64,000 bases of DNA, from the NCBI GenBank assembly GCA_018671245.1, contig JABHIB010000002.1:141-64140 (forward strand), read 5' to 3'. Under the pieces are notes generated by a model. It did not search any database, had not been told where the DNA came from, and was given only the letters and a program-made list of their open reading frames with translations. The translations under genes were made by a program, and so were the position numbers. How positions within the stretch are numbered: position 1 is the first letter of the stretch; each line of letters opens with the position of its first letter. The DNA is from an archaeon. GTDB taxonomy: Archaea; Nanobdellota; Nanobdellia; SCGC-AAA011-G17; PNOQ01. Below are positions 50,681 to 60,229 of this stretch, in pieces.

Positions 50681-51607
50681 CTACTTTTTATTCTCTGAAA
50701 CTTTGCTTTTCAATTTTTCTTCTAGGCCCAATTCTTTTATTAGTTCTTTGTACCTATTTCTAATTGTAACTTCTGTAACTCCTGCTACGTCCGCTACTTC
50801 ACGTTGAGTTCTTTTCTCATTATTAATTAATGCCGCTACGTAAAGTGCTGCTGCTGCGATTCCAGTTGGTCCACGACCAGAAGTTAATTCTTGTTCTTGA
50901 GCTTGTTCTAATATTTCAACTGCTTTACTCTGTGTTTCTGCATTTAATTTTAGAGCTGAAGAGAATCTTGGTAAATAGTCTACAGGATTACTTGGTAGGA
51001 TTCTTATTCCTAATTCTCTTGTAATGAATCTGTAAGTTCTTCCTATTTCTTTTTTATCAATTCCAGAAGCTATTGCTAGTTCATCTAGTGTTCTCGGAAC
51101 TTCATGACGTCTACATGCTGCATATAATGCTCCTGCAACAACAGATTCCATTGATCTTCCTCTAACTAATCCTCTTTGAACTGCATTTCTGTAAATTTCA
51201 GAACTATCTTCAATTACTGAATGTGGTAATTTTAAGTATGAGCTAACTCTTTTTAATTCTGCAAGAGCTAATTTAAGATTTCTTTCAATGGCTGTAGAAA
51301 TTCTTTGTTGCCATTTTTGAAGTCTCATGTATTTATCTTTAGATTTTCCACCAAGCCTATAAATGTCTGCATCTGTACCTATGCTTGTTCCTAAACCTTG
51401 GTCGAATTTTGTAACAGTTATTGGAGCTCCAGTTCTTCTTCTTTTACCTGCTTGATCAGAATCAAATTCTCTCCATTCTTGGCCCATATCTATCATTTTT
51501 TCTTCGATAACTAGACCACAATCTCTACAGATAACTTCTCCACGTTCTTCCTTAACAATTAGATTTATGCTTGCGCAATCTGGACATTTTTTTATGTATG
51601 ATGTCAT
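50681..51607 (-). CDS. tfb: transcription initiation factor IIB
   Basis: Zn ribbon CPDC..CRDCG, GQEWREF, RGRS, GVTEVTIRNRYKEL. Confidence 0.97.
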   Translation of the reverse strand: MTSYIKKCPDCASINLIVKEERGEVICRDCGLVIEEKMIDMGQEWREFDSDQAGKRRRTGAPITVTKFDQGLGTSIGTDADIYRLGGKSKDKYMRLQKWQQRISTAIERNLKLALAELKRVSSYLKLPHSVIEDSSEIYRNAVQRGLVRGRSMESVVAGALYAACRRHEVPRTLDELAIASGIDKKEIGRTYRFITRELGIRILPSNPVDYLPRFSSALKLNAETQSKAVEILEQAQEQELTSGRGPTGIAAAALYVAALINNEKRTQREVADVAGVTEVTIRNRYKELIKELGLEEKLKSKVSENKK

Positions 51608-51832
51608 ATATTTTTCACCACCAGTAAAAGGTACTGATATGTTTTATAAGGTTTTCTCTCAAAATTGATTTATAAAGCTTTCTATTTGTGTAAAATTAGT
51701 TATTTTCATCTATTAAATATTTTATCTTTGAAACTAGATTTTTTCGGTTTTCTTCAGGAGTTCGAATTATCAAGATGATCCTATCTATTGTATAAATTAC
51801 ATCTATATCATATTCTTCATTCTGAAAATGTT

Positions 51833-52249
51833 TTATTTATCGTGATCTATTTTCTTTTTATTGCTTTCTTTCGGGGTGATTGTTGAATGTCCGCTAACTA
51901 GATTTGTTATTGATTTTCTCCAGATGAATACTACAATCATTGTGATTGTTAAATATATCATTGCTTGCGGTGCAAAATAAGATGATTTATTTGTGTCTTC
52001 AAGTATTGGTGGAATTATATATATGATCTCGTCAAGTATCATTCCTATTACGATTGCAAATGGATAAAATATTTTCTTGTGAAATTCGTAGTTTATAATC
52101 GTTAAAATTACTAATGCTATAATCCCTGTATATATGTGGTGATAAGAATCTGCATATATCCAACTATCTGTCGGAATTAATAATAAAGATAGTCTAGTTA
52201 TAAGAACAGTTAAAATAATAATTAAAAAAAATTTATTTTCTCTTTTCAT
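51833..52249 (-). CDS. membrane hypothetical protein
   Basis: Four TM; HHIYTG, GMILDE. Confidence 0.65.
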   Translation of the reverse strand: MKRENKFFLIIILTVLITRLSLLLIPTDSWIYADSYHHIYTGIIALVILTIINYEFHKKIFYPFAIVIGMILDEIIYIIPPILEDTNKSSYFAPQAMIYLTITMIVVFIWRKSITNLVSGHSTITPKESNKKKIDHDK

Positions 52250-52280
52250 AAATATTAAACAAAGTTAAGAATTTATAAAA

Positions 52281-52664
52281 TTATTCTTTGATAAGAACTG
52301 CATTTATACTTCCTTCTTGTCCAGGTCTAGAAGTTATTCTTGCCTTACCTTTTGTTGTTTCAACTATAGCACCTTTAGTTAGGATATTTCTTCTAACATA
52401 GTGTCTATTAGCATCACTTTCAATAACACTTTCTATTTTTATCTTAGAGAATTTTTTTGTTTTTTGATCATAAAGATTGACAGTATCTGCAACCAGTAAT
52501 ATCTCTTTCTTCTTACCAGACATTGTTCTTAGAGATCTTCTTTTTTTCTCTCCAACCTTTGTTAATGTTGGTTGTCTACCTAGTTCATACTGTTTTTTCT
52601 TTTTAAGAGGAATGTATCTGCTACCAGATGCTTTCTTCTTTGAACGATCTTGTGAGATTGCCAT
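52281..52664 (-). CDS. rps8e: 30S ribosomal protein S8e
   Basis: YELGR, RRNILTKGA, TSRPGQEG. Confidence 0.96.
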   Translation of the reverse strand: MAISQDRSKKKASGSRYIPLKKKKQYELGRQPTLTKVGEKKRRSLRTMSGKKKEILLVADTVNLYDQKTKKFSKIKIESVIESDANRHYVRRNILTKGAIVETTKGKARITSRPGQEGSINAVLIKE

Positions 52665-52779
52665 GTTGTTTTTGAGTATATTGTCTATTTAAAAAGTTTT
52701 CTACAATTCTTTTTTCCGATAGTTTTTTAAATGAGTAGATAGTGTTTTGATTTAAATTTAACTTGGGGGTTATATAACA

Positions 52780-53004
52780 ATGGTAACAGACAGACCTTTT
52801 GATGCATTAAACGATGCAAAAGACAAAAGAGCAATATTAGAATTAAAAAACGGAAAGCAATTGGTTGGAACACTTAAAGCGTTTGATCAACATATAAACT
52901 TGGTTTTAGAAGACACAGAAGAAAGAGTAAATGGCGAAGCAACTAGAAAGTTAGGGACTGTTTTCGTTAGAGGCGACACAATTATATTAATTTCTGCGGA
53001 GTAA
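52780..53004 (+). CDS. Sm-like archaeal protein (SmAP/LSm)
   Basis: RPFDAL, GTLKAFDQHINLVL, VRGD; upstream of L37e. Confidence 0.95.
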   Translation: MVTDRPFDALNDAKDKRAILELKNGKQLVGTLKAFDQHINLVLEDTEERVNGEATRKLGTVFVRGDTIILISAE

Positions 53005-53008
53005 GAAA

Positions 53009-53197
53009 ATGACAAAAGGAACACCATCTATGGGAAAAAAGTCTGGTAAGAAGAACTTTATGAGATGTAGAAGGTGTGGAAAACCCGCATACCATTTAAG
53101 GAAAAAAAGATGTTCTAGCTGTGGATTTGGTAACAGTGCAAAATTAAGATTCTTTAATTGGATGAAAAATAGTAAAAAGAAGAGTTGTAAAAAATAA
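53009..53197 (+). CDS. rpl37e: 50S ribosomal protein L37e
   Basis: MTKGTPSMGK, CRRCG...CSSCGF. Confidence 0.96.
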   Translation: MTKGTPSMGKKSGKKNFMRCRRCGKPAYHLRKKRCSSCGFGNSAKLRFFNWMKNSKKKSCKK

Positions 53198-53210
53198 AAT
53201 ATTATCTTTT

Positions 53211-53798
53211 TTAAAACGGTAAGATTCTAAAAGATAGTAATAAAAGTATTAGTGCAACTGCTGTTGTTATACTGTATATTTTCTTATCCCATCTAAGGAT
53301 TTTTGATCCATCTAGATTTCCGAATGGAATCATATTAAATAATGCTAACCATGAATTGATTAGCAAACCATATTTTGATAGCATTGGAAGTATTGAAAGA
53401 TTTAGTAGTAATAAAAAGAATAGTGCTATAATTATATTTGTTATAGGTCCTGCTAGACTTATTTTCCCATTTCTTTCTCTATTAATAACTCCTCTAATCA
53501 TTACTGCTCCTGGTGCTGCAAATACAAAACCAAAAAAGCTCATGAATATTGCTAGAATTAACATCTTGTCAAATGCTCTGAATTCCGCATAACAGTGATA
53601 TCTTTGTGCAACATATTTGTGCGCTATTTCGTGAGCTAGAAATCCTAAACCTACCGTTAATGCTGATACTATGACCATAGTTAGTAAATTTGGACTGAAG
53701 ATCCCAGAAATGCCTCCAGATAGAACTATTCCAAATGCTAAAGATATTGCTACCCATGCTTTGAATAAATGTTCACGCTCTATTTTGCTGAATTTCAT
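53211..53798 (-). CDS. site-2 protease (M50) family membrane metalloprotease
   Basis: HEIAH, AGPITN, FNMIPFGNLDG. Confidence 0.92.
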   Translation of the reverse strand: MKFSKIEREHLFKAWVAISLAFGIVLSGGISGIFSPNLLTMVIVSALTVGLGFLAHEIAHKYVAQRYHCYAEFRAFDKMLILAIFMSFFGFVFAAPGAVMIRGVINRERNGKISLAGPITNIIIALFFLLLLNLSILPMLSKYGLLINSWLALFNMIPFGNLDGSKILRWDKKIYSITTAVALILLLLSFRILPF

Positions 53799-53817
53799 GG
53801 TGTAATTCTCGAATGAC

Positions 53818-53834
53818 AAACTTTATAAAGGTTT
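53818..53834. promoter_or_regulatory. palindromic TATA box between divergent leaderless genes
   Basis: CTTTATAAAG is a perfect palindrome; ATGs lie 21-22 nt away on each side. Confidence 0.55.
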
Positions 53835-53851
53835 AGCTGGAACGAATTGTT

Positions 53852-54187
53852 ATGGAAGGACTAAAAAAATTATTGGTTAGCGGATGTTTAGCAGGAAGTC
53901 TTTGTTTAGCTGGACCTACAGAAGCAAATAAATACAGTGCACCTGATAGTGTTAGTGTTGAGTCTAGTTTAGTTGATAGTACCTGTGTTGATCATCCTGA
54001 TTTTTGTAGTTTCTTTGATTACAACAGAATTTCTTATGATGTTAATTATGATCCTTCTCTTGAACAATTTGAGGAAGCTGGAATGATAATGAATAGTGAA
54101 TTAGTAAAAAAGCTTAATGATGATTTTGAATTAATCCTCGAATCTAATCCTGGCAAGGTAAGTGTTGGGCTAAGGTATAAATTCTAA
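53852..54187 (+). CDS. secreted hypothetical protein
   Basis: Signal-like N-terminus; ends VSVGLRYKF. Confidence 0.55.
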   Translation: MEGLKKLLVSGCLAGSLCLAGPTEANKYSAPDSVSVESSLVDSTCVDHPDFCSFFDYNRISYDVNYDPSLEQFEEAGMIMNSELVKKLNDDFELILESNPGKVSVGLRYKF

Positions 54188-54239
54188 TTTTTTTTAAATA
54201 ACAAAAATTTTATAAAGGGCTTAGTAGTTCTTTTTTCTT

Positions 54240-56399
54240 ATGGCAGACATATCTATTGAAAAAATGAGAAAAGTGGCAGAGGATCCTAAATTTATCAGGA
54301 ACATTGCTATTGCGGCGCATATCGATCACGGTAAAACAACTTTTTCTGATAATTTATTGGCTGGTGCTGGTATGCTTTCAGAAGATTTAGCTGGTTCTCA
54401 AAGAGCTTTAGATTTTCATGATGATGAGACAGAAAGAGGTATTACTATTGATTCTGCTAATGTTAGTATGATTCACAAAGTTAGTGATAAAGATTATTTA
54501 ATTAATTTAATTGATACTCCTGGACATGTTGATTTTGGAGGAGATGTTACTAGGGCTATGAGAGCTGTTGATGGTGCAGTTGTTTTATGTTGTGCTGTTG
54601 AAGGGATCATGCCTCAGACTGAAACTGTTTTGAAACAAGCTCTTAAGGAGATGGTTCGACCGGTTTTGTTCATTAATAAAGTTGATAGACTGATAAAAGA
54701 AGTAAAGTTAACTCCTGAAGCTATGCAGGAAAAATTTATGCAAATAGTTACAGACATTAATAAATTCATTTTCAATTATGCACCTGAAGAATTTAAAGAA
54801 AAATGGCAGGTTAGTATAAATGATGGTAGTGTTGCATTTGGTTCAGCATTCCATAATTGGGGAATTAGTGTTCCTTACATGAAAAAACATAACATTTCAT
54901 TTAAAGATATTATTACTGCTTATGATGATGATAATCATAAGGAATTAGCAAAGAAAGCTCCAATACACGAAGTGGTATTAGATATGACTGTAGAGCATCA
55001 CAATAATCCTATGATAGCTCAAGCTTATCGTATTCCAAAAATCTGGCATGGAGATAAAGATTCAGAATTAGGAAAATCGTTAATTAATTGTGACCCTAAT
55101 GGTCCGGTTGCTTTTGTTGTAACTAAAGTTGTTGTGGATAAACATGCTGGAGAGATTGCAGCAGGTCGTTTATTTTCTGGAACTTTGAAACAAGGAGATA
55201 GTGTATATCTTAATGCTGGAAAGAAACAGGTTAGATTACAGCAAGTTTCTGTTTACAAGGGTGCACAAAGAACTGCATTAGAATCAATTCCTGCAGGAAA
55301 TATTGTAGGGTTAGTTGGATTGAAAGATACGTTTGCTGGAGAGACTATTTCTTCAGAACCTATAGAACCATTCGAGGCTATTAAACACATTTTTGAACCG
55401 GTTATTACTAAATCTATCGAGCCAAAAAGGGCTGCAGACTTACCTAAACTTATTGAAGTTCTGAAGCAAGTTGCTAAAGAAGATCCGAGTATTCAAGTTA
55501 ATATTAATGAAGATACTGGTGAGAATTTAATGAGTGGAATGGGAGAATTACACTTAGAAATTATTGAAAATAGAATTAAAACTGAGAAGAATATGGATGT
55601 TATCACCTCTCCTCCAATTGTTTCTTACAGAGAAACAGTTAATAGAGAGAGTCAGATTATGGAAGGAAAAAGTCCTAACAAACATAATAAATTCTTCATA
55701 TCTGTTGAACCTCTATCTGATGATATATATGGTGCAATAAAATCTGGTGATTTACCAGAATTAAGAATTAAGAAAAAGCATACTGATATTGTTGAAAAAC
55801 TTGTTGATCTTGGAGTTGCTTCTAAAGAAGCTAAGAAGTGGAGAGAGTTGTACAAGGGAAACGCATTAGTTGATAATACAAGAGGTATTGTTTACATCAA
55901 TGAAGTTATTGAGATGATTATGGATGCTTTTGAGCAAGTTATTGATGCGGGCCCTCTAGCAAGAGAGAACTGCGGTAAAATGCTTGTTAGAATAAATGAT
56001 ATGAAACTTCACGAGGATACTATTCACAGAGGTCCTGCCCAGGTTTATCCTGCTATTCGTGAGTCCATAAAGGGTGCGATGGAAAACGGTGGATCTTTCT
56101 TATTAGAACCTATTCAAGAGATTCAAATTGAGAGTCCTGCAGATTATCTTGGTGATTTATCTGCTTTAGTTCAGAATAAGCGTGGTCAGTTGATTAATGT
56201 TGATCAAAAAGGTGAACACATCACTGTTAAGGCTAAATTACCTGTTGGTGAAATGTTTGGATTAGCTTCAGATTTAAGATCAGCAACATCCGGTAAGGGA
56301 AGTTACTTTATTGTAGATCAGAGCTTTGAGAAATTACCAGCTAACTTACAACCTAAGATTGTGACTCAAATAAGAGAGAGAAAAGGTTTAAGGGTTTAA
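54240..56399 (+). CDS. fusA: translation elongation factor aEF-2
   Basis: AHIDHGKTT, RGITI, DTPGHVDF, NKVD, diphthamide loop HEDTIHRGPAQ. Confidence 0.97.
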   Translation: MADISIEKMRKVAEDPKFIRNIAIAAHIDHGKTTFSDNLLAGAGMLSEDLAGSQRALDFHDDETERGITIDSANVSMIHKVSDKDYLINLIDTPGHVDFGGDVTRAMRAVDGAVVLCCAVEGIMPQTETVLKQALKEMVRPVLFINKVDRLIKEVKLTPEAMQEKFMQIVTDINKFIFNYAPEEFKEKWQVSINDGSVAFGSAFHNWGISVPYMKKHNISFKDIITAYDDDNHKELAKKAPIHEVVLDMTVEHHNNPMIAQAYRIPKIWHGDKDSELGKSLINCDPNGPVAFVVTKVVVDKHAGEIAAGRLFSGTLKQGDSVYLNAGKKQVRLQQVSVYKGAQRTALESIPAGNIVGLVGLKDTFAGETISSEPIEPFEAIKHIFEPVITKSIEPKRAADLPKLIEVLKQVAKEDPSIQVNINEDTGENLMSGMGELHLEIIENRIKTEKNMDVITSPPIVSYRETVNRESQIMEGKSPNKHNKFFISVEPLSDDIYGAIKSGDLPELRIKKKHTDIVEKLVDLGVASKEAKKWRELYKGNALVDNTRGIVYINEVIEMIMDAFEQVIDAGPLARENCGKMLVRINDMKLHEDTIHRGPAQVYPAIRESIKGAMENGGSFLLEPIQEIQIESPADYLGDLSALVQNKRGQLINVDQKGEHITVKAKLPVGEMFGLASDLRSATSGKGSYFIVDQSFEKLPANLQPKIVTQIRERKGLRV

Positions 56400-56402
56400 T
56401 TT

Positions 56403-56813
56403 TTAGAGCAGAACTGCCAGCATTACAATAGCGCCGAATATAATACCTGCGAAAACTTGTAGTGTTGTATGTCCTTCTCTTTTTAATTGTTCTACCAGAG
56501 TCTCGTTAGGATATAATTTTTTGAATATTTTCTTTTGTTTTTCAACTTCTAATCTAACTCCTAAGGAATCTCTTATTACTATTGCACTGAAAGCTATAGT
56601 TACTAAAGTTAACATAGAAAGTTTTTCTGTCAATAACATCGCCGTACTTAGTGCCGATACGAATGAGGAGTGTGAACTAGGCATTCCACCATCAACAAAT
56701 AGTTGAGATAGGGATAGTTTTCTTGTTTTAATTATTTCTGTAATTGTTTTTATTGTTTGAGGGATAAATGTTGCTAAAATTAATCCTATGAATATCTTGT
56801 AAAATATTTCCAT
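56403..56813 (-). CDS. divergent PAP2 (DUF212) family protein
   Basis: GGMPSSHS, DSLGVR, GHTTLQVFAG. Confidence 0.9.
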   Translation of the reverse strand: MEIFYKIFIGLILATFIPQTIKTITEIIKTRKLSLSQLFVDGGMPSSHSSFVSALSTAMLLTEKLSMLTLVTIAFSAIVIRDSLGVRLEVEKQKKIFKKLYPNETLVEQLKREGHTTLQVFAGIIFGAIVMLAVLL

Positions 56814-56882
56814 ATTGATAAATTAATAATTCGATTTATAAGTTTATTCGTGATTATTATTTTTTTGACTGTTTTCGTAGAA

Positions 56883-56890
56883 TTTATAAG
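56883..56890 (+). promoter_or_regulatory. TATA box of the 56912-62250 operon
   Basis: TTTATAAG 21 nt before ATG 56912, the same spacing as other leaderless genes here. Confidence 0.5.
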
Positions 56891-56911
56891 ATTATCTTAC
56901 TTTCTTAATTT

Positions 56912-57910
56912 ATGGAAAAACTTCAAACTCAAGTGTATAATGATCTGATGGAGGATCCAATATCTAAATTATTAATTGATTATTATGTGAATGTTCAAGT
57001 AAATGGAGTTAATAGTTCGGAACTTCCTAGATTTAGTGAAATATCTTCTAAAAATAATAAAAGTTGTGGGATATCTATTAATAATATATTTATGTTAAGA
57101 TCTATTAAGGCTATGAGAGATATAATTGGAGGAGATACAATCTCTTATCAAGATGTTTGTTATCCTTATGAGGATTTGCCTTATGATTCTACTTGGACTT
57201 CTCTCTCCAGACTAGAAGAATGGTTTATGTCTGATCAGGGAACTTATGAACAAGGAGTTTCTGGAAAAGACGGAATTTTGTTTGCATTTGATTCTTGGAT
57301 AAATGGAAAGGATGAGCTTATTGAAGTTAATGATAGTGCAAGAATTTATCATAATAAACTTGTAGGGGGAGAACCTAGGTCTGAATTTATGACACTAATG
57401 TTGAATTTATTCAGATATGATATGAAATCAACTTTATCTGAATTAGTTCATTCAAAGGGTGTCGGATCAGGGACTACTTCACAAGTATCGGAAATGGCCT
57501 TTGGTGCAATGTTAGCTGGTCCAACTATAAATGCTAGAACTTATAGATTAAGGAATACTAAGATTTCTCAAACTCTTGATGTTGGACATTTCATGGTTTA
57601 TAATGTTGGTCTCACAGAAAAGCTAGTCGATGAGATGGTGTCTGAAAATTTTGATTTTAATGCTATTTATGATCCAAAAAATAGAGTTGTTGATATTGTA
57701 GAAGATTGGAAAATTTGTTTTGATAAAGTTAGAAACCACTGTAATTCATTATATAGATCTCCTCGAGATTTGTTAGATTTATCAAGAACTTTGATTTATG
57801 CAGAACAAAAAGATGGTGAAAAAATTATAAGATGTAATTTCAAACCAGTTTCGCCAGAATATGATGAAAATATTACTTCTTATCTAGGAGTTACTCAGAA
57901 TGGGAAATAA
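56912..57910 (+). CDS. uncharacterised protein, first gene of a putative biosynthetic operon
   Basis: 332 aa soluble; overlaps next gene; GVGSGT Gly-rich loop; no family recognised. Confidence 0.7.
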   Translation: MEKLQTQVYNDLMEDPISKLLIDYYVNVQVNGVNSSELPRFSEISSKNNKSCGISINNIFMLRSIKAMRDIIGGDTISYQDVCYPYEDLPYDSTWTSLSRLEEWFMSDQGTYEQGVSGKDGILFAFDSWINGKDELIEVNDSARIYHNKLVGGEPRSEFMTLMLNLFRYDMKSTLSELVHSKGVGSGTTSQVSEMAFGAMLAGPTINARTYRLRNTKISQTLDVGHFMVYNVGLTEKLVDEMVSENFDFNAIYDPKNRVVDIVEDWKICFDKVRNHCNSLYRSPRDLLDLSRTLIYAEQKDGEKIIRCNFKPVSPEYDENITSYLGVTQNGK

Positions 57911-59018
57911 TAGAATATTAAATACATTAGATGATGCAAAAAGACTAAGTGCTGAATATAATATACCTCTAACTGATATTATTTTGATAGGATTAAATAT
58001 CGAAGGGGCTTATGATTCATCAATTGTTTCAGATAGGATGAGATTCAATATGGTCCCAGATAATAGTGGAGGAAATGAGTTTTATTTCGCATTAACTAAT
58101 ACTAAAGATTCGAGATGGAAGATTAATGGTGGTGAACTTTCATTTAATGGTGAAAGGATAGGAAAAGTAGGAAATACTGAAGAAGATACTTGCGATAATA
58201 CTTATTGGAGAAGATTTATTTCTTTAGGTGGAAAAAATTGTGGAACTGAATTGACTATAAATTCAAATTCTAGAAGTTTTTGTTCTGGTTGTGAATTCTG
58301 TGGCACATATAATCTTAGTCCAGAGGATCAAGATGAAAAAGATTTATCTAATCCTGATAAATTAAGAAGAAAATTGGATAATATCTTGTTAGAGAATGAT
58401 ATTGTAGATTTATCTAACTTGCATGAAATTGGAGTCGTAACTGGATGTTTTCCTAATGAAAATTTAACCTTACAACATCTTAATATGTTACATGATGTTT
58501 TGAGAGGAGATTATGATTTTTCTGGCGAATTGAAATATGTTGGTTCACAGATACAGTCTAGGGAGGCTTTAGAAAATTTAGTATCTCACGGACCGACTGG
58601 AATCTCTCAAACTGTTGAATGTTTTGAAAGGAGAGATATATTATTGCAACCAAAAAAACAATTGTCTTTAGATTTTGCAAGGGAAATACTTGATAATGCT
58701 AAAGATTTAGGAATTAATACAACTTTATTATATATTATGGGACTTGATAAGTTATCTACTTTTGAAAATGAGATGAAATTATTTGTTCCATATCTAACTA
58801 AAATGCCAGTTATTAATACCTTGCAAGAATATGTTGAGGGGCAGAGTGATTTAAGAGTTCCAGAAGCAAGATCTATGGAATATTATTTAAAAGCTAGAAA
58901 GATAATGGAAGAAATCTGTGAACCTTTAGGTTTTAAACCTAATGTGTGGGAAAATTATAGAGGGCTATGGTTTACTGAATATTCTAAGGAGGGGTTAGAA
59001 AATGTCATCAGAATTTAA
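57900..59018 (+). CDS. radical SAM-like protein with atypical CX2CX2C motif
   Basis: SFCSGCEFCG; VVTG, TVECFER, YIMGLD TIM-barrel-like segments. Confidence 0.7.
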   Translation: MGNNRILNTLDDAKRLSAEYNIPLTDIILIGLNIEGAYDSSIVSDRMRFNMVPDNSGGNEFYFALTNTKDSRWKINGGELSFNGERIGKVGNTEEDTCDNTYWRRFISLGGKNCGTELTINSNSRSFCSGCEFCGTYNLSPEDQDEKDLSNPDKLRRKLDNILLENDIVDLSNLHEIGVVTGCFPNENLTLQHLNMLHDVLRGDYDFSGELKYVGSQIQSREALENLVSHGPTGISQTVECFERRDILLQPKKQLSLDFAREILDNAKDLGINTTLLYIMGLDKLSTFENEMKLFVPYLTKMPVINTLQEYVEGQSDLRVPEARSMEYYLKARKIMEEICEPLGFKPNVWENYRGLWFTEYSKEGLENVIRI

Positions 59019-60216
59019 TAGTTTATCAATTTCTGGCCATGATCCTTCTGATGAAGTCCATAAAAGTCTTAAGAAAAATGGAGTGAATTTTGCAACAGGA
59101 TTACCTTGTGGAATATTAAGATATTTTATGCATAATCTTACAAATGATTCAGAGATATTACATATGCCAGGATTAAATGAACCTGAAACAATTGGTATTG
59201 CAACAGGAGCATGGCTTGCTGGAAAAACTCCTGCAATTTATATGCAAAATTCTGGAATGTTGAAATCTGTGAATGACATTGCAGGATTAATGATGGCTAG
59301 TAAGGCACCTTCAATAATTCTTGCAACTTATAGAGGATGTTCTGGAGATAATGCTACTCAACATCAGATCACTGGTAGCATTACAAAACCTACTCTTGAT
59401 GCATTAGGGTTGGAGTATCATGAATTAAGCGATGACAATATTTCAGGTACGATTGATGATTGTTTCAATTTTATGGATGAAAGTGGATTTCCTGCAGTGT
59501 TATTAGTTAAAAGAGGGTGGTCTAATACAGAGGTTTTGAAAGATGTTTCTTTATATGCTGAAGAATTGAGAGATGAACTTAATTATCCTGTTGATCCTAC
59601 TCTTGCAGTAGATAATGCCCTTTCAAAAATTATAGATTATAGAGATGGTAATATCCTTGATAGGGATAGATCTCTTGATTCAATGTTTGAAGTTATAGGG
59701 AGAGATTCTGCAGTTTTTTCGTCTACTGGAATTATGAGTAGGTATATTTTTGAGAATTTTGATAGTCCGAATCAATTTTATAATTGTGGTGGTTTTGGTC
59801 AGACCTCAGTTATAGGGTCAGGATTTGCAGCGTCTAGAAAAGATGTGAATACTATTGCTATTGATGGAGATTCAAGTTTACTTACTAATTTTGGCGCATT
59901 AGTCACTAATGGTAATCTGGGAACTTCAAATTTTACTCACATTGTTGTCGATAATGCAGCATATGGTTCATGTTCAGAAGAAAAATCATTATCATTATCT
60001 GCCAATATCCCTCTGGTTGCTGCTATTCAAGATTATAAGAATGTGTTTCTTGTAGATTCTGCAGTTGGCATTCAAAAATCAATAGAATTGAGTTCGAACT
60101 TTAATGGACCAAATTTAATATATCTTAATATTAAGTTGGGTGGACCTAGGAATCCAAAACGACCGTTAGATATGGACATTACTGCGAGGAGATTTAAAGA
60201 GTATTTCTCACAATAG
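59002..60216 (+). CDS. fused ThDP-dependent phosphonopyruvate/sulfopyruvate decarboxylase family enzyme (Ppd/ComDE)
   Basis: FATGLPC, NE..IGIATGAWLAG, YMQNSG, YRG...QH, STG, DGDSS...DN ThDP motif. Confidence 0.88.
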   Translation: MSSEFNSLSISGHDPSDEVHKSLKKNGVNFATGLPCGILRYFMHNLTNDSEILHMPGLNEPETIGIATGAWLAGKTPAIYMQNSGMLKSVNDIAGLMMASKAPSIILATYRGCSGDNATQHQITGSITKPTLDALGLEYHELSDDNISGTIDDCFNFMDESGFPAVLLVKRGWSNTEVLKDVSLYAEELRDELNYPVDPTLAVDNALSKIIDYRDGNILDRDRSLDSMFEVIGRDSAVFSSTGIMSRYIFENFDSPNQFYNCGGFGQTSVIGSGFAASRKDVNTIAIDGDSSLLTNFGALVTNGNLGTSNFTHIVVDNAAYGSCSEEKSLSLSANIPLVAAIQDYKNVFLVDSAVGIQKSIELSSNFNGPNLIYLNIKLGGPRNPKRPLDMDITARRFKEYFSQ

Positions 60217-60229
60217 GGTTTTATTGAAA

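Noticed and set aside
54240-56399. Diphthamide-site-deficient EF-2 paralog
   Set aside because: The HRG motif with the target His is intact.
56912-57910. Assignment as PEP mutase or a class I aminoacyl-tRNA synthetase paralog
   Set aside because: No EDKx5NS, HIGH or KMSKS motif; the resemblance is too weak to support.
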